Part shown: piece by piece, positions 9,139 to 16,277 of the stretch
How positions within the stretch are numbered: the stretch's first letter is position 1
Layout of the letters: every line of letters starts with the position of its first letter
Assembly: GCF_002075285.3 (NCBI RefSeq)
Contig: NZ_CP021983.2
Span: 1,830,001 to 1,862,000 of the forward strand
Direction: 5' to 3'
DNA length: 32,000 nucleotides
From: Halomicronema hongdechloris C2206
Lineage (GTDB): Bacteria > Cyanobacteriota > Cyanobacteriia > Phormidesmidales > Phormidesmidaceae
Position numbers and translations under genes: made by a program
The notes under the pieces: generated by a model
Told to the model about the DNA's origin: nothing
Databases searched by the model: none
Seen by the model: the letters and a program-made list of their open reading frames with translations, nothing else

Positions 9139-9274
9139 GGAAACAACCTACATAACGCCTTCAACTAGATTGTAGTGTGAGCCCTAACTGAACAGTGGCC
9201 AGTACGTGAGGGAGCGATCGCCCTTCAAGAATGGCTGTTTTTGGATGATGAAGCGGAGGGATGCGATCATTCTA

Positions 9275-9439
9275 GACGATACCTACATGGCCGTCGGCAG
9301 TGAGGCCTATGCCGCCGCCCTATCGGTTTACAGCTACGCCAAGGCCAATAATAGTGGGGCGGGGCTAGATACGGCGGTGAGGGATTTGGGCATCCGGTTT
9401 GCCGGTCAGGGGAGACGGCGGCCTGCAGTGGAGGCCTAG
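9275..9439 (+). pseudogene. 3' fragment of an orf157 paralogue (last ~54 codons only)
   Basis: DDTYMAVGSEAYAAALSVYSYAKANNSGAGLDTAVRDLGIRFAGQGRRRPAVEA* aligns with residues ~102-157 of the intact gene at 19781-20254. It is joined at the CATTCTA|GACGATACC junction. Confidence 0.75.
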
Positions 9440-9504
9440 GAGAGGCGTTGTGTCCTCTGACGATAGGGTAAAATTCTCCTGACAATTAACTCAACAGCCC
9501 CGCC

Positions 9505-9543
9505 GAGACCGTTGCTGTGTTGAGCAGTAACGGTCTTTGTTTT
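9505..9543 (+). terminator. Conserved hairpin plus T-tract downstream of the orf157 fragment
   Basis: GAGACCGTTGCTG-TGTTGAG-CAGTAACGGTCT followed by TTGTTTTG. The same structure occurs at 11567-11605 and 20343-20384. Confidence 0.5.
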
Positions 9544-9720
9544 GCCGGTTACGATACCACTCCCGTCATTCCCGAAGCAGCGGGAGTCCAGATGTTGAGG
9601 AACTGTGCCTATCCTCAGTCAGCTATTTACCTAGACGCTAGTCTTCCCTATTTAAGGCTTGTCAGGTCAACTTTTCGCGTGCTTTCTCAAGATGGCAGCT
9701 CAATCACTTAACCTGGGCGG

Positions 9721-10374
9721 CTAAAGATTTTCCACGGCATCGGCATAACTATACACTTCGATTCCCAATGCCGCTGCTACAGGCAAGGCGCGATCGTCCA
9801 CCATGGGTGAAATCACTAGCTTGCGGCTAACGGGTCGTTGGTGGTGCTTTTGATAAAAGGTCGTCTTGCGATCGCAGGTATACATATCTGCCTTACTCAG
9901 GGAGGACTTGATCTCACAAATAAGCACGTCTCCGTTTTTGATAATGATGTCTAACTCCACCTGATCGGGCCGACCAAATACCTCGCCTGTATCGTCAAAA
10001 TCGTTAATATTCAACACCTGCACCCCGAAGGACTCTTCTAGGATGCCCTTAAGGGCATTACGGAAACTTGCTTCAGAATAGAGCCCCCAGCGGGAACCCA
10101 ACGCCCCGATGGTACTGTCATGACGCTGATCATGACGCTTCAACTCTGCTAAGACGTCTCGATTATGCTGGTGTTGTTCATGCCACTGGCGCGTGTTGTC
10201 TTCTCTATCGCGCTGCAGTTCTGCTAAGACACGGTCAAACCGGCTTTCGGTGTCGACTTTGCCAGCATAGTAGTCAGACACTGTCCTCAGCACAAAATCC
10301 CTGATGGCTGGATCGTTGGCGATCAAGTCGGGGAGGATGTCTTGCAGGGTCTGTTTCAGCTCGGCACTGGCCAT
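9721..10374 (-). CDS. DUF3782-type protein with a C-terminal PD-(D/E)XK-like nuclease core
   Basis: 217 aa. The N-terminus is helical and charged. The C-terminus reads RPDQVELDIIIKNGDVLICEIKSS, a D...E-x-K arrangement. Confidence 0.75.
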   Translation of the reverse strand: MASAELKQTLQDILPDLIANDPAIRDFVLRTVSDYYAGKVDTESRFDRVLAELQRDREDNTRQWHEQHQHNRDVLAELKRHDQRHDSTIGALGSRWGLYSEASFRNALKGILEESFGVQVLNINDFDDTGEVFGRPDQVELDIIIKNGDVLICEIKSSLSKADMYTCDRKTTFYQKHHQRPVSRKLVISPMVDDRALPVAAALGIEVYSYADAVENL

Positions 10375-10460
10375 GGGGAGCGACAGCGGATAGACTCTTC
10401 AATTCTATCGTTGGCGCCCTTGCCCCCGGCATCGCCTGCCAGAGGCGGGGACATTGACAT

Positions 10461-11147
10461 CTACCCATCGTCAGGGTCAACACTGAGGGCTCTCAGCCGT
10501 TCGGCCAATCGGGCCGAGCGTTGGCGCTCCTGGTGCAACAGTTCTGCCTGGGTCGGCAGTAGATCGCCCGTAGCCGTGACCCACCGCAGCCAAACGGCAT
10601 CCACAGTCTGGTAGCAGCCTTGCCAACGCACTAATCCTAAGCCCAGCTGTTGGCTGGCAAGGACTCCAGCGTCATTGAGGGTTAAAGGCTCGTAGTAGCC
10701 ACCTACCAGGCGAAACCCGGCCCATTCTTGCGGATTAAATGGATCAAACCAGAAATACTCAGGTACTCTTACTTGCTCGGCATACACCTGCTTTTTCCTG
10801 GTTTTATCATCGACAGCTGTGCTGTCTGATAGGAGCTCGATGACAACGTCTGGGCCTTTGCCCTCTTCCCACACCACCCAGCTTTTGCGTTCTCCTTTGG
10901 GAACGCCTAGGACCACGAATACATCCGGTCCGATGAAATCCTGATGACGAACTTGGGCCAGGCTGTAGTAGAGAAACATGTTGCCGCCTACGTACCCATC
11001 CTGTCGCCCGGCTAACCAAGGGTATAGGGTCTCAATCAGGAGATCCGATTGCAGCTTATGGCGTTGGGTCTCCATGGGGACACCGTCGTCGCAGGGGAGG
11101 TCATGCTGAGTGGGGGGGAGGGCGCTATCGAGGGGATGGCTGACCAT
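10461..11147 (-). CDS. Uma2 (DUF820) family endonuclease-like protein with a C-terminal coiled tail
   Basis: 228 aa with GPDVFVVLGV, PDVVIELLSDST and KKQVYAEQVRVPEYFWFDP. The C-terminus LPTQAELLHQERQRSARLAERLRALSVDP is a common tail in cyanobacterial Uma2 proteins. Confidence 0.85.
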   Translation of the reverse strand: MVSHPLDSALPPTQHDLPCDDGVPMETQRHKLQSDLLIETLYPWLAGRQDGYVGGNMFLYYSLAQVRHQDFIGPDVFVVLGVPKGERKSWVVWEEGKGPDVVIELLSDSTAVDDKTRKKQVYAEQVRVPEYFWFDPFNPQEWAGFRLVGGYYEPLTLNDAGVLASQQLGLGLVRWQGCYQTVDAVWLRWVTATGDLLPTQAELLHQERQRSARLAERLRALSVDPDDG

Positions 11148-11307
11148 GGGGTGAGCTTGATGGCAATGGGTGGTGTGCTTTCAGGGTAACTTGGATGCAG
11201 TGAGAAACATCAGTACCAGCAAAGTCCACCGTCGCTGACGGGATAGTCAATCAGTGGCATCTCTTTGACCAGAGTGTGTGCATCTGATTTAAGCCCTGGG
11301 CATTCTA

Positions 11308-11478
11308 GACGATACCTACATGGCCGTCGGTAGTGAGGCCTACGCCGCCGCCCTATAGGTTTATAACTACGCCAAGGCCAATCATCGGGGGGCGGGGCTG
11401 GATACGGCGGTGAAGGATCTGGGCCTGCGGTTTGCCCGTCGGGGTAGAGGGAAGTCTGCGGTGGAAGACCAGCCCTAG
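11308..11478 (+). pseudogene. Second 3' fragment of an orf157 paralogue, with an internal stop
   Basis: It has the same CATTCTA|GACGATACC junction as the 9275 copy. The reading DDTYMAVGSEAYAAAL*VYNYAKANHRGAGLDTAVKDLGLRFARRGRGKSAVEDQP* contains an in-frame TAG. Confidence 0.75.
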
Positions 11479-11566
11479 GAGAGTCGTTGCGCCCTCTCGC
11501 CGGGCCAACCGTCAGCGTGAGGATGGAGCAAAATTCTCCTGACAATTAACTGAATAGCGTTTCTCC

Positions 11567-11605
11567 GAGACAGTTGCTGTGTTGAGCAGTAACGGTCTTT
11601 GTTTT
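11567..11605 (+). terminator. Conserved hairpin plus T-tract (copy 2)
   Basis: GAGACAGTTGCTG-TGTTGAG-CAGTAACGGTCT followed by TTGTTTT. There is one stem mismatch relative to copy 1. Confidence 0.45.
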
Positions 11606-11779
11606 GCCGGTTATCGATACGAAGTTTCCGGCTCCCCTTCTCACGCTCTGGAAGTGAAGATTATGAAAGTGGAATGCCCTCAACAATTTGCTGTCCTCTG
11701 CCACAGGATAACACTACATTCAGTTTCTAGATAGAATGGGGATTAGTTTCCGATCTGGCAGATAGAAGGGTAACTCCAA

Positions 11780-12343
11780 ATGGTACAGGCACCATCTAAA
11801 CTACTGACTTTAGCAGAGTTCTTACGCTTACCAGAGACGAAACCCGCAAGTGAATACATCGATGGTCAAATTGTTCAAAAACCGATGCCCCAAGGGAAAC
11901 ATAGTGCGATTCAGGGGGAGCTTGTCGCTGCTATCAATGGGGTCGTTAAATCTAAGCGTATTGCTCGTACATTTCCTGAGCTGCGCTGTACCTTTGGTGA
12001 TCGTTCAATTGTCCCTGACATTGTAGTGTTTCTCTGGAACCGAATTCCTCGTGATGAAAATGGGGAGGTTGCCAACACGTTTCCTGCTACGCCAGATTGG
12101 ACAATTGAAATCCTATCTCCTGATCAAAGCCAGACAAAGGTAACGAAGAATATTCTTCACTGTCTGCGGCATGGAACCCAAATGGGTTGGTTAATCGATC
12201 CGGATGAGAAAACCGTGTTCGTCTACCGTCCAAAACAGGAACCTGACGTATTGGATCAACCAGATGAAGTTATTCCTGTCCCGTCGTTTGCAATTGATTT
12301 ACAGCTTACAATCGAAGACTTGTTTGCTTTTTTGTTGGAGTAA
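11780..12343 (+). CDS. Uma2 (DUF820) family endonuclease-like protein
   Basis: 187 aa with VPDIVVF, PDWTIEILSPDQSQTKVTKNILHCLRHGTQMGWLIDPDEKTVFVY. Confidence 0.85.
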   Translation: MVQAPSKLLTLAEFLRLPETKPASEYIDGQIVQKPMPQGKHSAIQGELVAAINGVVKSKRIARTFPELRCTFGDRSIVPDIVVFLWNRIPRDENGEVANTFPATPDWTIEILSPDQSQTKVTKNILHCLRHGTQMGWLIDPDEKTVFVYRPKQEPDVLDQPDEVIPVPSFAIDLQLTIEDLFAFLLE

Positions 12344-12741
12344 GACTTGAGATGAAGCCAACTGTCCAGCTTCCACATGAGTGAAACCGTCTACGATGAG
12401 ATTTTAGAGGAAATCTACAGGATTCGAGAGGAACATGCAAAAGTATTCAATTATGATTTGAAGGCTATAGCAATCACAGTTGAATTTCGAACAGCATCCC
12501 ATAGACTATAGGCTTTGTAAGTGATTCTCATTCTAAATTCAGTTAGGCTTGCTATATTTGTGATGACTTGCAGAAACGACAAGCAGCAAGCGGTAGAAAA
12601 ATCATTTCTAAACCTCTTCGCCAGCCTCGCCAGCCGCATAATCGGGATTCGTGAGAATTCGGGAGCATCTCAGTCTTGCAAGTTTGCCCTCTCCCCCTCA
12701 GTTCCCCTCTCCCATTTTTGCACCTAGGAAAACATTTATCT

Positions 12742-12863
12742 GTCATTCCCACGGCTCACGGAGTGTGCCCGGAGGGCGTAGCGGGAATCCAGGGCGTAAA
12801 TCTCAGCTAGGCCCAAAGCGCTCTACCTGGATTCCGGGTCGCGCTGCGCTTGCCCGGAATGAC
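12742..12863. repeat. MITE-like nested palindromic element
   Basis: Outer inverted repeat GTCATTCC (12742-12749) / GGAATGAC (12856-12863). Inner 10-bp inverted repeat GGAATCCAGG (12784-12793) / CCTGGATTCC (12827-12836). The adjacent 29 nt (12722-12750) recur inverted at 19383-19411. Confidence 0.5.
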
Positions 12864-13040
12864 GTATTGCAGTTGTTATAAATCATCTTAATGTTGGTTG
12901 TCTTAGCGGATTTGATATCAGATGGTCGGCGCAGGTCGATTTTGATTGTATAGCAGCGGTTTACTCAGAGAGAAGCTACTTCGTGTCTATAACCGCCCCG
13001 CGTTAACGTTTTGTCAGTCAACCAGCATTCCCACAGTATG

Positions 13041-13277
13041 CTAAGACTGAGTTATGGTCTTAGCGTTATGAAAAGGCGCAATAGCAAATTTAACCCCAAA
13101 CGCAGAATGCTGAAGGTTGAAGAATGTGATTTGCTGTATCAATAAAGCCTGAGTCGCATAATACATTGCATAGTGAGCACGAGAAACACAGGCTCGATAG
13201 CGCTTATTTTCTGAAAGCAATTGAGACGTTTCTAAATCCTCTCCAGCCAGATTCAGAAGTCGAGAAACGCTACTCAT
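13041..13277 (-). CDS. HEPN-domain protein (toxin partner of MNT), apparently C-terminally short
   Basis: MSSVSRLLNLAGEDLETSQLLSENKRYRACVSRAHYAMYYATQALL matches the first HEPN helices. Its ATG (13277-13275) overlaps the MNT stop as ATGA. It has only ~78 codons, against the ~120-135 usual for this family. Confidence 0.65.
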   Translation of the reverse strand: MSSVSRLLNLAGEDLETSQLLSENKRYRACVSRAHYAMYYATQALLIQQITFFNLQHSAFGVKFAIAPFHNAKTITQS

Positions 13278-13681
13278 ACTAAGATGCCTTCTCGACGGAC
13301 ATTCCAAAGTAGTGGAGAATTACGATAAAGAAAATCATTATGAGCTATTGGCATCACGGAAATCAGTTCATCATAGTCAAGCAATATAGCTAAACCAGCA
13401 TCCGCCATGCGAAAAATTTCATCACCGTGGGAAATCGTTTCATCTCTGAGCACCACCAACACATCTACATCTGATTCCTCAGTTTCCTCATGACGAGCAA
13501 CCGAACCATACAGCACTAAACTGGCTAACCGCTTGCCATAGAGTGCAGTCAGCTTCTGCTTAAATTCCCGTAAAAGCTGCTTAATTTTAGGATTGAGAGT
13601 ATCAGCGTCCTCAATGGTCGGAAGGTCACTTACTTGACAATCGGTAGCCTGGTCCGTGGGCTGATGATTTGAAGCAACCAT
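13274..13681 (-). CDS. Minimal nucleotidyltransferase (MNT) antitoxin-type protein
   Basis: 135 aa with the nucleotidyltransferase signature LYGSVARHEETEESDVDVLVVL. It is translationally coupled to the HEPN ORF. Confidence 0.85.
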   Translation of the reverse strand: MVASNHQPTDQATDCQVSDLPTIEDADTLNPKIKQLLREFKQKLTALYGKRLASLVLYGSVARHEETEESDVDVLVVLRDETISHGDEIFRMADAGLAILLDYDELISVMPIAHNDFLYRNSPLLWNVRREGILV

Positions 13682-13682
13682 A

Positions 13683-13711
13683 ATTGCAACCTGATTGCAA
13701 TACTAAGTATA
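13683..13711 (-). promoter_or_regulatory. Candidate -10 box and operator palindrome upstream of the MNT/HEPN pair
   Basis: The minus strand reads TATACT (13711-13706), then ATTGCAA-TCAGG-TTGCAAT (a perfect 7-bp inverted repeat, 13701-13683), ending 1 nt before the MNT ATG. Confidence 0.4.
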
Positions 13712-13805
13712 GAGGGCAGACGCTGGGATTGGAATGATTCTGATGGATGTAAAAAACTTTACTGTAACTGTAATTGTATAACTGTAATACTGTAAACCCG
13801 TGCCT

Positions 13806-13947
13806 GTTCAAGACGACCCAGTGCCTGTTTAAACAAGGCTGGCTTTGTTTAAAGACGAAGCAGTTCCTGTTGAAGACGAACTTATTGCTGTGGTTTTTGA
13901 AATTCCCTCGTTACTGGGGAGATGGCCTGATGGAGCGTTGGGCTGTA
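13806..13947 (+). repeat. Copy A of a dispersed repeat element (1.5 units of the 42-bp motif plus a ~95-nt tail), interrupted by IS630
   Basis: It aligns by eye with 20419-20460 plus 20587-20687. The last 8 nt of the element (GATGCGAT) resume at 15059-15066, after the IS. Confidence 0.6.
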
Positions 13948-15056
13948 AACCTCGTCCAACTTGAGACCTGGAGTTTTAGGCGAACCCAAGGTAGGGTAGA
14001 GACCTGTCCAAGATTCGTTCGCATTCATCATAGCGCTTGCTGGCGATTTATGAAATTGCCCAAGGCGACAGTGCGACTCAAGTGGCCTACCAGAGTCACC
14101 GGAACCCGCAAACGGTGATGGAGTGGGTACATCGCTATAACGCTCACGGCCCTGATGCCTTGACCTACCAGCGCAGTGGAGGTCATCCCCCCCTTTGTCG
14201 GATGAGGTCAAGCGCGGCATAGACCAAACCCTTCGGCATGCGTTGGACGTAGCAGCCACGCCCCCTCAGCAGCGCAGCGAGGAACCGGTTCCCCGCTGGA
14301 CCCTCAAACGCCTCGTGCGGTGGGTGAAAGAGACCTTTGCCATCGACTGCAGTCGAGAGACCTTGCGAAAACTCCTCAAGGAATTAGGCTTTTCCTGGAA
14401 GAAGGCTCGAAAACTGTTGAATAAAGCAAATCCAGAGCAGCGAGTGGCTTTTCTCAAAACGTTGGAGAAGCTATTAGACGACGCCCTGCATGAGCGCTGT
14501 TTGGTGGTGTATCTGGATGAGGCGCATGTCCATCTCGACACCGATGAAGGCTATGGCTGGTCCATTTGCGGTCAGCGGTTCTGGGTTTCTTCCAGTTCCC
14601 TGGCTTAGCGAAGGTCTCCTTTTATGGACTGTATCTCTACAACCTGGGGCAGGTTCGGATTTGGCCCTTCGAGCGGGCGAAACAGGAGAACACCGTCGAG
14701 GTGCTCAAACGATTGCGGGTAGAGTTTCCCGATGTCCCCATTAAACTGGTCTGGGATGGGGCTCCCTATCATCGGGCCAAACTCGTGCGAGAGGCGGCTC
14801 AAACCTTGGACATCGGGCTTGTGCGGTTGTCAGCCTACAGTCCTGATTTTATGCCCGTCGAGCATCTGTGGCACTGGTTGCGGGAGGACGTCACCTATCA
14901 CACGTGTTATGACCAAGAAGCCGATTTAATCGCCCAGGTTGATCGCTTTCAAGCACGGATTAATGCCGACCCGATTGCCCTCGCTGATCGCTTGTGGGTC
15001 AAATCTCATCTGGATCCTAAGGAGGAAAAACTCCGGGTTTCAACCTAGATGAGGTT
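13948..15056 (+). mobile_element. IS630-family insertion sequence (~1.1 kb) with TA target duplication
   Basis: The 30-nt terminal inverted repeats AACCTCGTCCAACTTGAGACCTGGAGTTTT (13948-13977) and the reverse complement of 15027-15056 (AACCTCATCTAGGTTGAAACCCGGAGTTTT) match at 24/30. TA flanks both ends (13946-13947, 15057-15058). A paralogous uninterrupted site ...GGCTGTAGATGCGAT lies at 20681-20695. Confidence 0.85.
13960..15048 (+). pseudogene. IS630/Tc1-mariner-type DDE transposase, disrupted
   Basis: The HTH part reads LLAIYEIAQGDSATQVAYQSHRNPQTVMEWVHRYNAHGPDAL. The DDE triad context is YLDEAHVHLD..., VWDGAPYHRA..., PDFMPVEHLWHWLRE. Reading requires frame changes near ~14032, at the C-run 14187-14193 and near ~14595. 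No clean start codon lies inside the element. Confidence 0.8.
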
Positions 15057-15252
15057 TAGATGCGATAGCCCTGCGGGGACTTCCTGTACGAATACGGTAC
15101 TCATTGTCAGAACCTTTCATCTTGACCACCCCATCAGGGCGTGGATCTTCGGCAAGTTGCTCAATCTTCTTAGCGATGCGATTGTAAACGTCATCAGGCA
15201 AAGCATCTAGCTGTTTTTGCACAGCTTTCGGTGTGATGATGGTGTAGGTCAT
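15040..15252 (-). pseudogene. RelE/ParE-family toxin, C-terminally truncated by the repeat element and IS630
   Basis: MTYTIITPKAVQKQLDALPDDVYNRIAKKIEQLAEDPRPDGVVKMKGSDNEYRIRTG is a typical RelE/ParE N-terminal two-thirds. The last ~9 codons (from ~15066 down) are read out of the inserted repeat element and the IS630 end. Confidence 0.7.
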
Positions 15253-15488
15253 GCCGATCGCTCTGCCCGTTTTGCCTTGTATTCATCAAAGGTCATGTAA
15301 TCCCCTGCTTCGTAGTCAGCACGGGCAGCCTGAATTTCAGCAATGTCCTCGGTCGAATCTTCATCATCGGGGAATAACTCGGCTTCTAGAAGTTCCCAAA
15401 GCTGATGTTTTTCAGCAATGTCTAGTGAGGAAATTGCTTGCAGCAATGATTGAAATGAGATGTCTACTTTCACAATATTCTCAGCCAT
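15249..15488 (-). CDS. Putative antitoxin of the relE/parE-like module
   Basis: 79-aa acidic protein (DDEDSTEDIAEIQAARADYEAGDYMTFDEYKAKR). Its stop overlaps the relE-like ATG as ATGA (15249-15252). Confidence 0.6.
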   Translation of the reverse strand: MAENIVKVDISFQSLLQAISSLDIAEKHQLWELLEAELFPDDEDSTEDIAEIQAARADYEAGDYMTFDEYKAKRAERSA

Positions 15489-15630
15489 TAGAACTTGCCT
15501 CTGTTTTTATTTTTGCATCGTGTATTTTCAATTGCTCCTGTGCCCATTCTCGCAGTTGCTCATCGAAGTCATAAGCCGCTTTGTTGCGCAGCGGTTTGAT
15601 CGTTTTGGGGGGAAGCATGATTTTAATCAT
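15481..15630 (-). CDS. 49-codon ORF, likely a relic of a NACHT-family gene 3' end
   Basis: Hand translation gives MIKIMLPPKTIKPLRNKAAYDFDEQLREWAQEQLKIHDAKIKTEASSNG*. The stretch DEQLREWAQEQLK is identical to the NACHT protein tail. Its ATG overlaps the vapC stop (ATGA), and its stop overlaps the antitoxin ATG (ATGGCTGA). It falls below the ORF-track length cutoff. Confidence 0.4.
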   Translation of the reverse strand: MIKIMLPPKTIKPLRNKAAYDFDEQLREWAQEQLKIHDAKIKTEASSNG

Positions 15631-16040
15631 GGTTGCAACCAGTTTTGAATTTGCAATTCAGGAATTCGTTGAAAATGACTGAGGTTATTGGTGATTACAC
15701 ATAATCCTTGAGCCAAAGCAGTAGAAGCGATTAGGATGTCTGCATCTCCAATCAGTTCACCTCGCTGTCTCAAAAGTGCGTAGATGTCAGAAGCTTTGAT
15801 AATGATTTCATCAGTCAGCAGCAAAATGATATTCACCTCACAGAAGAGATCGAATGCCGCAAGCTGTTTTGTTGCACCTTTTGCTTTTAGTCCACGCAGA
15901 ATCTCATATCGAGTAATGATCGAGAAAGTGAACTGTTCATGAGCGACCAAGTACTCCTGAGCTTTCGGAATCACAACTGGATCCTGGCGCAGGATAGCAG
16001 AGAGAATATCCGTATCCAGAAGTGCAGGTAAAACGGTCAT
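15627..16040 (-). CDS. vapC: PIN-domain ribonuclease toxin VapC
   Basis: 137 aa. LLDTDILS at the N-terminus carries the first acidic PIN residue, GDADILIASTALAQGLCVITNNLSHF the distal ones. There is an ATGA overlap with the upstream antitoxin. Confidence 0.9.
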   Translation of the reverse strand: MTVLPALLDTDILSAILRQDPVVIPKAQEYLVAHEQFTFSIITRYEILRGLKAKGATKQLAAFDLFCEVNIILLLTDEIIIKASDIYALLRQRGELIGDADILIASTALAQGLCVITNNLSHFQRIPELQIQNWLQP

Positions 16041-16276
16041 TGAATCAGTGAATCCTCAAAGAAACTTTGACGCTCTAAAGCAATTTGCTCAACGTCTTGA
16101 ATCTGCTCAGCAGAAAACCCTTCATAAACTTCAGCCGCCAACTGAAGCATTTGCTCTGGTCTTATTTTGGTTTGCGATTTAACAATCAACTGAACTTCCT
16201 GTCCTTCAGATAACTCTGGTACTTTTAATGGACGAAAGATCCCATTCTCATAAACTGCTTCTACAATCTGTTGCAT
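16037..16276 (-). CDS. vapB: VapB-type antitoxin (AF2212/DUF104-like)
   Basis: 79 aa starting MQQIVEAVYENGIFRPLKVPELSEGQEVQLIV, the hallmark N-terminus of this small antitoxin family. It starts 1 nt after the NACHT stop codon. Confidence 0.8.
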   Translation of the reverse strand: MQQIVEAVYENGIFRPLKVPELSEGQEVQLIVKSQTKIRPEQMLQLAAEVYEGFSAEQIQDVEQIALERQSFFEDSLIQ

Positions 16277-16277
16277 A

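Noticed and set aside
9267-9485. Minus-strand ORFs 9267-9485 and 11210-11545, which share the MSGEF... start and Pro-rich bodies.
   Set aside because: They are antisense to the orf157 fragments and their conserved 3' region. Their similarity to each other is a by-product of the duplicated DNA.
12377-12511. 44-codon ORF MSETVYDEILEEIYRIREEHAKVFNYDLKAIAITVEFRTASHRL just downstream of the third Uma2 gene.
   Set aside because: The first ~30 residues resemble small helical proteins seen next to TA-like genes in cyanobacteria, but I cannot name a family. The ORF runs into repeat-rich DNA and may be truncated. It is too weak to call as a feature.
12451-12881. ORFs 12451-12639, 12521-12727, 12552-12752 and 12651-12881.
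   Set aside because: They overlap one another in a region dominated by palindromic MITE-like sequence. They have no motifs and atypical composition.
13761-13797. A degenerate run of CTGTAA-like hexamers (ACTGTAACTGTAATTGTATAACTGTAATACTGTAAAC).
   Set aside because: The spacing is irregular and it occurs once. It is possibly slippage debris next to the repeat element, and there is not enough evidence to assign a function.
13948-15056. Programmed ribosomal frameshifting to produce an intact IS630 transposase.
   Set aside because: At least three separate frame disruptions are needed (near ~14032, at the C-run 14187-14193 and near ~14595). No start codon is apparent inside the element. Decay is the simpler explanation, although sequencing error at the C-run cannot be excluded.
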